Source of the DNA: Centroscyllium fabricii
Taxonomy: Eukaryota
Length of the DNA: 64,000 nucleotides
Direction of reading: 5' to 3'
Assembly (NCBI GenBank): GCA_051313645.2
Contig: JBNRSN020000003.1
Coordinates: 222,766,001-222,830,000, forward strand
Shown: piece by piece, positions 50,336-63,449 of the stretch
How the letters are laid out: each line of letters opens with the position of its first letter
How positions within the stretch are numbered: the first letter of the stretch is position 1
Position numbers and translations under genes: made by a program
The notes under the pieces: model-generated
Told to the model about the DNA's origin: nothing
Database searches by the model: none
What the model saw: the letters and a program-made list of their open reading frames with translations, nothing else

Positions 50336-53300
50336 AGAATGCCACTGGGGAAGATAAAAGTCATTAATGCAAAGATCATGATTACGCATGGGGCAACCCC
50401 AATTTTCGCCAAGGCACACCCAGTACCCTATGCCATTAGACCAGCAGTGGAGGCAGAACTCAAAATCTGGAAGCAGAAGGAGTACTGTCCAAGGTGGAAT
50501 GGAGCCAATGGGCCACACCCATCGTTCCAGTCATAAAAAAAACACAAAACAAGGACGGAGAAAAGGCAAAGGTGCGCATTTGCGGGGAATTTAAAATGAC
50601 CATTAACCCGGTGTTAAAAATTGTACAGTATCCATTGCCCAGAATTGAGGATATCTTTGCTTCCTTAGCAGGTGGGAAACGGTTCAGCAAGATAGACCAT
50701 TCCCAAGCATATCTACAGATAGAGGTGGAGCAGGATTCCAGGAAACTGCTAACCATCAATACACACAAAGGACTGTACCAGTACAACCGGATGGGTTTTG
50801 GCATCGCATCAGCACCGGCCATATGGAAGAGGACCATGGACTAGGTACTGCAGGGTATTCCAGGGACACAATGCTACCTGGATGACATCTTAGTCATGGG
50901 CAGAACAGATGGGGTACATTTGACTAACTTGGAAACAGTCCTGGGAAGACTTAAAGAGTATGGGCTCAGGGCCAATAAGCAAAAATGTGAGTTTTTCAAG
51001 GATCACATTTCTCATTGTGGCCATGAAATTGATAGCGAAGGGTTACACAAGTCGCCAGACAAGATAACGGTGGTAGTAAAAGCCCCAAGGCCAGAAAACG
51101 TCACGCAGTTAAGGTCATTTCTGGGCCTGATTAACTATTATCACAAGTTTTTGCCCAACCTATCAATGGTTTTGTACCCACTAAATACACTGCTACAGGC
51201 AGGGACACCTTGGAACTGGGAGAAAGCGTGTGAGACAGCTTTCTTAAAAAGCAAACAAATGATCACCTCTAAGGAGGTATTGATGCATTTTGACCCCAGC
51301 CTGCCCATAAAGTTAACGTGTGACGCTTCCCCTTACGGCATTGGTGCCGTACTGTTCCACAAATGCCCAGACGGGTCCGAAAGACCAATAGCATTTGCCT
51401 CTAAGTCCCTCACCATGGCAGAAAAAAACTACGCGCAAATAGACCGTGAAGCACTCAGCCTGGTGTTTCACCACTACTTACACGGCCAGCAGTTTACACT
51501 GATAACCGACCACCAACCATTGGTCTCTATTTTCCACCCAGAAAAAGGGGTTCCCAGATGACTGCACAAAGGCTACAAAGATGGGCACTGTTCTTGGGTG
51601 CACATAAATATACCATTGAACATAAAGGCACTAAGAGGCATGGTAATGCGGATGGATTGTCATGATTGCCCCTACCAGAAACAGGGGAGGTGGGACAACA
51701 AGATCCCCTGGAATTGTACCACCCGGCAATAGTGGAACAGTTACCGATCACTAGCAAACAGATAGAGCGGGAAACAAGAAATGACCCCTGCTTATTGTGG
51801 TAACCGTATTGTGTAATTGATTACCACTGTATTATTGTAACAATAATGGGCCGTGCAGATGTAAGGCACAGCCCTGTAACCTGTGTAATACTGTTGGGAG
51901 CCAGGTCAGCCACACCTCTAACTCCTCCCCCAGGTGAGGCCCTTTATAGGTGGAAACTGACCGAGGCTCCTCATTCCTGTACAGAAGTTCGTTCCGGAGG
52001 GTAGCTCCAAACTTAGCGATTAAAAGCCTTTAGTTACGGTAACTACTCGTCGACTCATTTAATCGGAGATATTGACGATACGTCACTTATCAAAATGTTT
52101 TAATGTCGTAGTGCGAGGATGGTCCAGAGAGGATCTCAAACAATGGTCTGATTACGCCAACAGAAAGGACCAGTTGTCGGTCTGCCGGGGCACGATAATG
52201 TGCGGAGGCTGGGTGGTAATCCCAGAAAAATTACGGAAACAAATCCTGATAGACCTACATGAGGGACATCTGGGCGGGGACAAAATGAAATCCTTAGCCA
52301 GGGCATACGTATGGTGGCCCAGGATCGACAAAGATATTGAGACACTGGCTAGTGAATGCAGCGGGTGCAAAATGGTCCAAAACGCACCGCATCAGGCACC
52401 CTTACACCCATGGGAATGGCCATCGTCTCCATGGCAAAGAATCCATATCGATTTTGCCGGGCCTTTCATGGACACTATTTTCCTCATTGTCGTTGATGCC
52501 CATTCCAAGTGGCCCGAGGTGTTCAGAATGTCCTCCACCACAGCTGAGAGGACAGTCTCAGTCCTCAGAACCATTTTTGCCAGAAATGGTATACAGGAAC
52601 AGGTTTGTTCTGACAACGGAACTCAGTTCGTCTCTGAAGAGTTTAGCTCTTTCCTGAAAAGAAATGGGATCCGACATTACAAATCGGCACCATACCACCC
52701 AGCCACAAATGGACTGGCGGAAAGGTTCATGCAGACCTTCAAAAAGGCTATAAAAGCCATGGGGGGAGGAAAGTTAGAATTACAGCATAAAATAGACAAC
52801 TTCCTCTTTGCATACAGAAATGTGGCACACACAACCACTAACTGATCTCCGGCAGTGTTGTTCTTGAACAGGAGATTGCGGAATCGCCTGGACCTGTTAC
52901 AACCCAACATTCGGCGAGATGTAGAAAACCAAATGTACCGAAAAGCTTCAGACCAGTCAACCAGAAACTTTGATGTAGGTCAGGACATGCTAGTAAGAGA
53001 CTATAGACATGATAAGTGGCAGGCTGGAACAATCAGCCATCGGCAAGGGCCACTATCATACACAGTAGATACACCTGAAGGGCAAATCAGAAGGCACGCT
53101 GACAAAATCGTAAGGGACACTGTGGCCAGTGCTGACATGACCAAACCAAAGACAACATCAAAAAGGGCAATACCCCATGACAACAATTCAGATGAAGAAG
53201 CGCCTGAAGAAGGCTCTCCGGAGGCCGAAACAGACGGCGAGTCAACAAAGACTACCTCATCAGTGGTCATCACAAGACGGTACCCAACGAGAGACCGCCG

Positions 53301-53634
53301 ACCCCCACAGAAACTGAATCTGTAACTGTAAATATGACATCTGTATATATATTGTTGTTAGTCCTCCCCTTTACTGACTGCTGTACCGTAAAGGCTAATT
53401 AAGTGGGGAGGAATGTGGTGTATGTAACATTGTTAATACAAGGTTATCATTGTGCTCTACTTTGTACCGTGGCAGGACACTGCAGTACTGTGGTCCGTCA
53501 CTACTGTATATAAGTCTAAGCATGGAGCGATATGGGTCAGTTCCAGCCTGTACCAAGATGAGTAAACATCACATTTAGTTCGTACCTGTACAACTGAGTC
53601 TGTCGTTATTCATCCTCAATAGCGCAACTTAACA
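50336..53634 (+). mobile_element. Degenerate Mag-clade (K02A2.6-like) Gypsy pol with 3' LTR (53414-53634)
   Basis: PVPYA, WATPIVPV, YLDD, CDASPYGIGAVL, HIDFAGP, SDNG, PATNGLAER; PPT AAGTGGGGAGGAA; LTR TGT...ACA. Confidence 0.88.
51796..52085 (+). mobile_element. Solo LTR (290 bp) of the host A/B family
   Basis: TGTGGTAA...GATACGTCA; 5-bp TSD CTTAT; shared CCAGGTCAGCCACACC and GGTAACTACTCGTC. Confidence 0.92.
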
Positions 53635-53781
53635 AATACTAACTTTTTATTCCAGATTTATTTAATTAACTGAATTTAAATTCCACAGCTGCTGTGGTGG
53701 GATTTGAAATCACGTCTCTGGATTATTATTCCAGGCCTCTGGATTACCGGTCCAGTAACATAATCATTATGCTACCATTCC
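53635..53781 (-). mobile_element. 5' part of a SacSINE1-like SINE
   Basis: Homologous to 41915-42060. Confidence 0.75.
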
Positions 53782-53906
53782 CATCATTCGCTAAGGTCCC
53801 AGATGCCCCATTGCCCTCATTGCGCCGTTATCAGCTCGTACTTCCAGAAAGTTACAGCACAAAAGTTTTTCGAGCTGAAGGGTGCAGAAAAAAGTCTAAC
53901 ACGTCA

Positions 53907-55341
53907 TGTAAGATTCACAAAATTTCCTGCTTTCCCAGCCCTTGTAAAGTGGACAAAATGGAGTCTGGGGTCACATGACCGCAGCTGAAAGCTGGTCATT
54001 TTCTCACCAGCAACAGGGGCCAGACGCAGTCTGTTATTTCGAAAGTACATGCAGTCATAGCTCCAGACGAGAGCATTGAATATGTATGGAGGGCCAGCCA
54101 GTAGGCCAGCTGAAACAAAGGATGCTTAATTGGATAACGATCAACATTTATTTTGGACAAAACATCAAAACAAGCCACTTCTATTCAACCACAGAAGTTT
54201 CAGTACTCAGGTAGAAGTTACACAAAGGGAGGCTGGGATAAGGCCATCAGAGGGAAATTGACAGTTTTACAGTCATTTTACATCAAGTACCAGCTTTTTT
54301 TAAACAGTGAAGCCCGCCAAATTAAACCAAGGCTGACCTGATTTGGTGCGAGATAAGGCACTGTCCGAATTAGGATCACATAACGACAAGGAATTAAGCC
54401 AAACAGCATGGCAAGGCACGGTCCAGCAAAGCAAAGACCGGATGAGACACAGGCAGGCAACCGTGAAGGTCGGTGCTTCGGTCCATGTGCAGACATGACC
54501 ACCGGTCCGTACTGGAAGTCCACACCATTCCCTGGCCATTGCCCGCGCCATACCATGAGGCCGCTACTGAATTGGGGCCAGGTACTAAGCGGGACAGTAT
54601 ACACCTAAGTACAGACTGGAGCAAGACTAGGCCTCGCCCAAGAAGGAGGGGTGATGGAGTAGTCGCTCCAAACTAGTGACCGGCACGACATTAAAAGATA
54701 AAGAGCCAGCGTTGGAGGGTGACTGGGGTGGGCTTTGAATGAACGGGCCCCCAGCAAATATTCGCCAGAAGAAGAAGAAGTTCCATTCAATCTCTACGAG
54801 GACAAGCTAATTCCATGGTCGTTGGAAAACCACGAGTTGCCCAGCCCTGAGGGACGAGAAGTTTGCGTGAGACGTACACGCTGCAGCCCCGTTGACCATG
54901 TGAGGACGGAACAACTGAAAGACCAGAACCAAAACTCAAAACCTTGTTGCATTAAACCTAGGCTGGTGAGCATGAAATCTGACCCTTAATAGTTGACCTA
55001 GGTTAGATATAGGTATAGCGGGGTAGGAATTAAGGTTAAGGGATTGCTAAAATTGTCATTCATATTCCTCGATGTGTTGTGCGTTTACCAAACCTGTACC
55101 AATGTATAGCGATTGAATTGTTTTACCTGTAGTGTACCATTGATAATTTTCTTCTCATTAAAACCTTTAAGTTTGTTTGACTCACTCAAGTCGTCTGTCT
55201 ACCTGTGTTATTGCACCACCAGTAGTCTGGAAATAAGCCCAGTGTCCAGAATCAGGATGGCGAGTGGGAGCGCTTCAAAACCGCTCATGGGCAGGTACGG
55301 GCCAAACCGACCTCGCACACCACCCAGCCAAACCCCCTACA
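53907..55341 (+). mobile_element. Long (1435 bp) solo LTR, probably endogenous retrovirus
   Basis: TGTA...TACA ends; flanks GTCA and GTTG, both CpG-decay products of a GTCG TSD; ATTAAA near 55157; no coding motifs. Confidence 0.6.
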
Positions 55342-57654
55342 GTTGTGAGATGGCCCGGCCCAATGCTATACTTCATGGTCTAGGGATTTAAGTTTACTTG
55401 TGATAAGTCAGTTAGATTTTGTGCTAAAAAACATGGATTTGTCCATTAATTTGAATTAAGCAAAGTAAATAACATAGCAAGGAAGATATTTAGTGCTAAT
55501 TTCATAGCAACTTTGAAATAAGTAGAAGTAGATTGCATTGTGCGTTACTTTTCCATGTATGATATTGATCATAATGTACACAAGTTATTCAAGCAGCCTC
55601 ACTGGAGGAAATATATCATTGGCAACCATAAAATATCCCCAATATGTAGAGCTCAAATATTTAGATGGATAAATTTGTCTTCACAGTAGAAGACACAAAA
55701 TACATTCCAGAAATAGTGGGGAACAAAGGATCTGGTGAGAATGAGGATCTGGTGAGAATGAGGAACTTAAATAAATTATTATTAGTAAAGAAGTAGTACT
55801 GGAGAAATTGATGGGACTAAAAACCGACAAATCCCCTGGACTTAATGGCTTACATCCTACAGTTTTAAACGAGGTGGTTTCAGAGATAGTGGATACATAG
55901 ATTTTGATCTTCCAGAATGCCCTAGATTCTAGAACGGTTCCCGTGGATTGGAAGGTAGCAAATGTAACCCTATTATTCAAGAAAGGAGGGAAAGAGAAAA
56001 AAGAGAACTATAAACCAGTTAGCCTGACGTCAGTAGTAGGGAAGATGCTAGATTCTAATATTAGGGATAGTGTAGAAATCGACGGATTTCTAATGAAAAA
56101 CGGGGTCCACACAGAGGAACGATTCAAAAACGGGTCTTTACTCAATGCCAACATTGCAGGTTCTGCCTGGGCAGCCCTGTGTCCAATGTGATGACGTCAT
56201 CACGTTGGCCCGTGTTTACCTGCGCTCTTAAAGGGGCCACGCCCCGTATATACAAAGATTACATTCACAGTACAGTAATGCCTAACACCATGGTCGAATG
56301 TCCGGCTGGGGTCCAGATATGCCAGCTTGAGTCGGTCGACTGAGATGTGGTCGGACTTACCACCGACGTCGACGGTAAACGTTTTGTCTCCCGTTTCCAA
56401 CACGCGGAAAGGGCCGGTATATGGGGCCTTGAGCGGATCCCTGTGAATGTCATGGCGGATGAAGACATATTCGGCATTGTGTAGCTCCTTAGGCATGTGG
56501 AACCTCTGCAGCTTGTGATGAGAAGTAGGAAGCGGAAGAAAACTTCTGGCAGCCTCCTGATGTTGGGCTAACTGAGCAGATGCGGACCACGGCTCCATTG
56601 CAGTTGGGATGAAATCACCCGGAACCCTCAGTGGATGCCCGTACACCAACTCCGTCGAGGAAGAGTGAAGTTCTTCTTTGGGGGCCGTGCAAAGACCCAA
56701 CAGGACCCACGGCAGCTTGTCAACCCATCCTGCGTCCTGGAGACTGGCCCTCAGCGCGGCCGTCATCGACCAGTGGAAACGTTCGCAGAGGCCGTTCGCC
56801 TGCAGGTTGTAGGCTGTGGTGTGTTGCAGTTTGACGCCAAGCCCCTGGGCCACCACGTTCCAGAGTTCCGAGGAGAACTGTGGTCCCCTGTCCAGTGAGA
56901 TATCGGCGGGAACCCTGAAACGGGCGACCCATGCGGAGATGAACGCCCTGGCCACGTCTGCTGAAGTGGTGGATGAGAGTGGGAAAGCCTCTGGCCATCT
57001 CGTGTTGCGGTCGACCATGGTGAGGATGTGTGAAAAACCATGGGAGAGTGGAAGAGGACCTACTAAGTCGACATGGACGCGGTCAAAACGACGCTCCGGA
57101 ACCGTAAAGGAGGCTAGCGGTGTCTTGATGTGTCGTTTGATCTTGAACCTTTGACAGACTACGCAGGTGTTGGCCCAGTCTCGGATGTCCTCATGCATGC
57201 TGTGCCAGACGAACTTCACTGACATCAGCTTCTGGGAGGTCTTCATGCCGGGGTGTAACAACCCGTGGATGGCGTTGAAGACTTTGCGGCGCCAAGCGAC
57301 CAGCACAATGGGTCGAGGATCTTGTACTGAGACATCGCACAGCAGTGTGGTGCCCACTGATTGAAAGTGGACGTCAGATAGCTGGAGACCTGTGACAGCT
57401 GTCATGTACGTCTGTACTTCTGGGTCTGCATTTTGAACTGCCTCCATGAGCGCATAATCGATGCCCAAATGAACAGTGTTGATGGCCGCGTGGGAGAGGC
57501 AGTCTGCCACAAGGTTCTCCTTACCGGCCATGTGTTGTATATCCGTGGTAAATTCGGATATGTAGGTCAGCTGGCGCAGTTGTCAGGCTGACCATGGTTC
57601 GGCAATTTTGGACATAGCGAAGGTGAATGGTTTATGGTTGACAAAAGCCGTGAA

Positions 57655-58615
57655 TTAATGATCTAGATAAGGGAACTAGATATACTAGCTCCAGGTTTGC
57701 AGACGACACAAAGCTGGGTGGGTGTGTGTGCTGTGAGGACGATACTGAGATACTCCAAGATGATTTGGACAGGTTGGGTGATTGGGCAGAAGCATGGCAG
57801 ATGGAATATAACGTGGATAAATGCGAGGTTATCCACTTTGGTGTCAAAAACAGAAAGACAGACTATTATCTGGATGGCAATAGATTGGGAGAAGGGGAAG
57901 CGCAATGAGACCTGGGTGTCCTTGTGCACCAGTCGCTGAAGGTAAGCATGCAGGTGCAGCAGGCAGTGAAGAAGGCAAATCGTATGTTGGCCTTCATAGC
58001 GAAAGGGTTTGAGTACAGGAACAAGGATGTCCTGCTGCAGTTTTACAGGGCCTTGGTGAGACCACACCTTGAGTACTGTGTGCAGTTTTGGTCGCCTTAT
58101 CTGAGGAAGGATGTTCTTGCCATGGAAGGAGTTCAGCGAAGATTCACAAGGCCGGGATGGCAGGAATGACATATGGGAAGAGATTGGGTCAATTGGGCTT
58201 ATACTCGCTGGAGTTTAGAAGAATGAGAGGGGATCTCATAGAAACTTATAAAATTCTGACAGGTCTAGACAAACTAGATGCAGGAAGAATGTTCCCGATG
58301 ATCGGAGAGTCCAGAACCAGGGGTCATAGTCTAAGGATAAGGGGTAAGCCATTTAGGACATAGATGAGGAAGAATTTCTTCCAGAGAGTGGTGAACCCAT
58401 GGAATTCTCTACCACAGAATGTAGTTGAGGCCAAGTCATTAAATATATTCAAGAAGGAATCAGATATATTTCTTAGAGATAAAGGTATCAAGCGATATGG
58501 GGAGAAGGCAGGTACATGGTATTGAGTTTAGATGATCAGCCATGATCTTATCGAATGGCGAAGCAGGCGCGAGGGGCCGAATGGCCACTCTTGCTCCTAT
58601 CTTCTATGTTTCTAT
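57655..58615 (+). mobile_element. 5'-truncated CR1 inserted in the RNase H region
   Basis: CR1 RT 3' half and tail; GTGAA duplicated at 57650-57654 and 58616-58620. Confidence 0.9.
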
Positions 58616-60054
58616 GTGAAGGGCCATCCCTCAAGGAAGAAACGGAAATGGCGGACAGCCAGGATAAGGGTGAGCAACTCTCGGTCAAACGTGCTGTAAG
58701 CCCTCTCGTTCTGCCGCAGTTGCTGGCTAAAGAAAGCCAAAGGTTGCCAGGCACCATTCACCCACTGCTGCTGGACTGCACCTACCACGTAATCCAACGT
58801 GTCGGTGGTGAGGGCTATGGCGGCTCCTGGTAGAGGGTGCGCCAACATGGTTGCATTGGCCAAGGCGTTTTTAGTGTTAGCGAACGCTTGGGTCATCTCC
58901 TCCATCCAGTTGACCGGGTTCTTGCCAGTCTTGCCCTTGAGTGCTTCGTACAGGGGCTGCATGAGTAATGCTGCCTTGGGCACGAAATGGTGATAAAAAT
59001 TCAGCATGCCCAGAAATTCCTGCAGGGCCTTCACGTTTTGCGGGCGTGGAAAGGATGTCACTGCCTCTACCTTTGCAGGTAAAGGCACCGCTCCCTCCGA
59101 TGTGATGCCCCAGAAAATCAATTTGGTGCAAGCCAAACTGACACTTGGCCGGGTTGATGATGAGGCGTTGGAAAAGGGTGCGCAGGTGACTGAGATGCTC
59201 TGCCTTGGTCAGACTGGAAATTAGGATGTTGTCTAGATAGACAAAGAGGAACTTGAGGTCCCGCAGCACAGAGTCCATCAGGGGCTGGAAAGCCTAAGCG
59301 GCATTCTTCAAGCCGAACGGCATTCTCAAAAAATCAAAGAGGCCGAACGGGGTGCTGACTGCGGCCGTCTGGACATCCTGTGGGTGCACTGGGACCTGGT
59401 GGTAGCCCCGGGCAAGGTCGACCTTGGAGAAGATAGTATTACCTGCCAAATGGGCAGAGAAATCTAAGATATGAGAGATCGGGTACCGATCCGGTGGGGT
59501 GGCATCGTTGAGATGCCGATAGTCACCGCAGGGCCGCCATCCTCCGCCAGGTTTTGGGGCGATGTGAAGAGGTGAAGACCAGGAACTATTCGACCGGCGA
59601 ATAATCCCCAGCCGCTCCATCATGGCAAACTCAGCTTTCATGACCGCCATCTTGCCAGGTTTGAGGCGCCGGGCCCGCGCGTAGACCGGGGGGACCGTTA
59701 GTGGAAATCTGGTGTTCACTCCATGTTTGGCGGATGAGGAGGAGAAGGTGGGCCGCGTTAGGCCGGGGTATTCACCGAGAAGGCGAGCAAATTTGTCGGG
59801 AGTGGGAAAAGCACAGGAGACGGTGTGGGACGTTGTGTTACTGCGGTAACACGGTAGTGAATGAAATGTTGCCGCGTTGATCAGCTGCCGATTCTGGACA
59901 TCGACCAGTAGGCTGTTGGCGCACAGAAAATCCATGCCGAGGAGGGGCTGGGAAACTTACCCGTGACGAAATCCCAATGGAAGCTCTGGCCACCGAAGCA
60001 CGCTTCTACTCACCGCCTGCCAAAGGCTCCGATTGCCCCGCCATTGGCCGCATC

Positions 60055-60406
60055 TTGTTATGAAAGTGGGGCCACTACTACAAGGCACACAACTGACCAT
60101 CCAATGTAGTGCATATTACCAAGAGTAGATTTTGGGACAGGGCCACTGGCAAGGCTTGGAAGCTAAGCAGAGCCAGGCCTGGTTAGTACTTGGAGGGGCG
60201 ACCACCAGGGAATGCCAGGTACAGAAGGTCACGAAAGGAGCCCCGGGGAGGGGCGGTTGGCTGAAGATTGTCGGAATGATGGAAAGATGGAATGGCGGCG
60301 CGCACAGACGCAGCGGCTTTGCTGGACTCTTGGGAGCTTGCAAGATCACATTTAGTTGTTCCTGTACTTGTACATTGTATAATGACAATAAAAAAAAGTT
60401 GAAGTT
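60055..60406 (+). mobile_element. SINE-like insertion with an internal 5S rRNA-derived segment and LINE-type tail
   Basis: 60155-60222 resembles the 5S internal control region; ends TGACAATAAA..GTTGAAGTT; removing it restores the protease frame NYGPKL|DAANG. Confidence 0.7.
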
Positions 60407-62285
60407 GAGTTTGGGTCCGTAATTCCCCGTCTGGACATCGAGGGTGGACGCGGGGAGAATGCTGCACTGCGCACCGCTGTCACAAAGAAACCGCGCTGCT
60501 GGCCGCCATTGCTGCAGCAGGGTGCTTGTTAATCCCGGTCTGCTGTGGCCGCAGCGTCAGATGGACGGCTTTTAATTTGGATAGAAAGTGCAGGGAGGGC
60601 GGCAGCGCCTCGCCTTCGCGGCAAAATGCGCATGATAAAAGCACAGGCCAGCAGCCTGACGAGCTGGGGCGGTGTCCATGGGGGCTGAGAGCCTCATGGC
60701 GACACAGTAGTGCTGAGTGCCGAGTGACTACGAAGATTTTATCGGCCTCAACAGTGAGTACTGCGCATTCGGTGATTGAGGAGCCAGCCAGGGCGGCTTG
60801 TACTTGCTCGGGTAGCTGCCTGAGGAATAGCTCGCGGAATAGAAAGCATTCCAGTTCAGAACCCAGGAGTGTGAGCATCTGGCTCATTAACTCCGAGGGC
60901 TTAGAGTCCCCGAGCCCGGGTATCGAGAGTAGTCAACGAGCGCGCTCTGCTTTGGTGAGCCTGAAGACCTGCAGCAATCGCGATTTAAGTGCATCATACT
61001 TGCCCTCCGCAGGGGGATTTTCCAGGAGGCTGACGACCCGGGAGGCTGTGGAGTTGTCGAGAGCGGAGACCACGTACAAGAATTTGGTCTGGTTTGCCAC
61101 GATGTCTCGCAGGGCGAACTGGGCCTCAACCTGGACAAACCACACGGGCGCCTGTGTGAATAGTCTGTGAAAACGTTCACAATACTCGGGGTCACCACTG
61201 TAGAAATCGACGGATTTCTAACAAAAAAACGAGGCCCACACGGAGGAACGATTCAAAAACAGGTCTTTACTCAATGCCAATGTCACAGGGACTGCCTGGG
61301 CAGCCCTGTGCCCAACGTGATGATGTCATCACATTGGCCCGCGTTTTCCCATGCTCTTAAAGGGGCCACACCCCGTATATACAAAGATTACATTCACAGT
61401 ACAGTAATGCCTAACACCATGGTCGAATGTCCGGCTGGTGTTAGGACTTTGTTAAAGTGAATTATATACAACTGAAAGTGGACCTGCCACAATGTCATAT
61501 CAGGACACTTAGAAAATCATAATATGCTTGGGCAGAGTCAACACGGATTTATGAAAGGGAAATCATGTTTGACAAATCGTAGAGTTTTTTGAGATTATTA
61601 GGCTGGATAAGGGGGAATCAGTGGATGTAGTGTATTTGGATTTTCAAAAAACATTCAATAAGGAGCCACATAAGAGGTTATTGTACAAAATTAGGCCTTG
61701 TGGGATTGGGGGGTAATTTATCAACATGTTTTGAGGTTTGGTTAACAGACAGAAAACAGAGAGTAGGAATAAACTGGTCATTTTCAGGTTGACAGGCTGT
61801 AACTAGTAGGGTACCACAAAGATCAGTGCTTGGGTCTCAGCTATTTACAATCTGTATCAATGACTTAGATGAGGGGACTGAGTGTAATGAATCTAAGTTT
61901 GCAGATGATACAATGTTAGTGGAAAAGTAAGTTGTGATGAAGACACAAGGAAGCTGCAAAAGGATTTGGACAGGTTAAGTGATTGGGCAAGAATGTTGCA
62001 GATGGAATATAATGTGGTGAAATGTGAAGTTATTCACTTTGGTGGAAAAAATAGAAGAGCAGAATATTTTTTAAATGGTGAAAGATTGGGAAATATTGGT
62101 ATTTAGAGAGACCTGGGTGTCCTTGTACATGAATCATGCAGGTACAGTAAGCAATTAGGAAAGCAAATGTTATGTTAGCCTTTATTACAAATGGATTAGA
62201 GTATAAGAGTAAAGAAGTCATGCTGCAATTATATCGGGCCCTCTTAGAGCGCTAAAACTGAATTTCGTGGGAGGTGAGAATGATT

Positions 62286-62696
62286 ACATAGAAACAAAGA
62301 AACATAGAAGATAGGAGCAGGAGTAGGCCATTCAGCCCTTTGAGCCTGCTCCGCCATTCAATGAGATCATGGCTGATCATCCAAACCCAGCACCCTGTCC
62401 CTGTCTTGTCCCCATATTCCTCGATCCCCATCGAGCCTGCACTGACACATATCCCACCCTATCCCCATAACCCCACATATTCAATCCCCCTAACACTAAG
62501 GGTCAATTTATCATGGCCAATCAACCTAACCAGCACATCTTTGGACTGTGGGAGGAAACCGGAGCACCCGGAGGAAACCCACGCAGACACGGGGAGAATG
62601 TGCAAATCCACACAGATAGTGCGCGAGGCCGGATTTGAACCCGGGTCCCTAGTGCTGTAAGGCAACAGTGCTAACCACTATGCTACCGTGCCGCCC
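62286..62696 (-). mobile_element. HE1-like V-SINE, full length
   Basis: Reverse-complement match to 2682-3085. Confidence 0.92.
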
Positions 62697-62720
62697 AAAA
62701 GATTATCCCATATATTTAAC

Positions 62721-62809
62721 CGACCGCGGCAGGACTCGAACCTGCAGTCTTCTGATAGCTGAACAATTTACACCGAAGTCAGATACCTTATCCATTAGAC
62801 CACACGGCC
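62721..62809 (-). tRNA. tRNA-Arg-TCG: tRNA-Arg(TCG) gene or pseudogene with a 16-nt intron (62757-62772)
   Basis: GGCCGTGTGGTCTAATGGATAAGGTATCTGACT-TCG-G-[intron]-ATCAGAAGACTGCAGGTTCGAGTCCTGCCGCGGTCG; 73 nt after intron removal; TTTT about 20 nt downstream. Confidence 0.85.
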
Positions 62810-62892
62810 GCTTAGCGCCTGGCACAAATTTTTCAACTTGTAAAGATTTAGCGCCCCAAACAGGGCTATACCGAATTTCTCTACCCCATAAC

Positions 62893-63448
62893 ATTCCTAA
62901 GGGGCCTGACGGGGTAGATGCTGGGAGGATGCTTCCCCTGGCTAGAGAGTTTAGAACTAGGGGTCGCAGACTCAGAATAAGGGGATGGCCATTTAGGACT
63001 GAGTTGAGGTGAAAATTCATCACTCAGAGGGTGGTGAATCTTTGGAATTCTCTACCCCAGAGAGCTGTGGGTGCTCAGTCATTGAGTATATTCAAGACCG
63101 AGATCGATAGATTTTTAGATATTAAGGGAAACAAGGAATATGGGGATAGTGCGCGAAGGTGGAATTGAGACAGAAGATCAGCCAAGATTTTCTTGAATGG
63201 TGGAGCTGGCTCGTAGGGCATATGACCTACTCTTGCTCCTATTTCTTATGTTCTGAGGAGGATGTGGAAGAGCTACGACTAGAGATAAATATCCAGAAGG
63301 AAACTGTATTAACAAAGGTTAATGGGATAAAAGTCGAAAAGTCACCAGGTCCAGGTGGTACGCAACCCAGAATACTGAAGGAGGTTGGTTAAAAAATAAC
63401 TAACTCTAATTTTCAAAAATCTTTAGAAACATGAATTGGGCCAATGGA
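62893..63448 (+). mobile_element. CR1 3' end (to about 63252) followed by another short CR1 fragment
   Basis: DAGRMLPLA..RTRG peptide and 3' UTR; then KVEKSPGPGG..PRILKE. Confidence 0.8.
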
Positions 63449-63449
63449 G

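Larger units (their letters stand above)
56071..61491 (-). mobile_element. Older degenerate CsRn1-clade Gypsy element
   Basis: 5' LTR 61199-61491; truncated 3' LTR 56071-56308; PBS TGGTGACCCCGA; gag, RT, RH and IN pieces (ORFs 60933, 59294, 58612, 56200). Confidence 0.9.
55680..62240 (+). mobile_element. CR1 LINE (55680-56070 + 61492-62240) split by a CsRn1 element
   Basis: DWKVANVT...SLTSVVGKML continues as QSQHGF..GKSCLT after 61492. Confidence 0.8.

Noticed and set aside
60155-60222. 5S rRNA gene
   Set aside because: Partial, diverged and embedded in a retroposed insertion
56067-61495. TSD for the third CsRn1 element
   Set aside because: Flanks ATAG and ATGT match only partly, so no TSD is claimed
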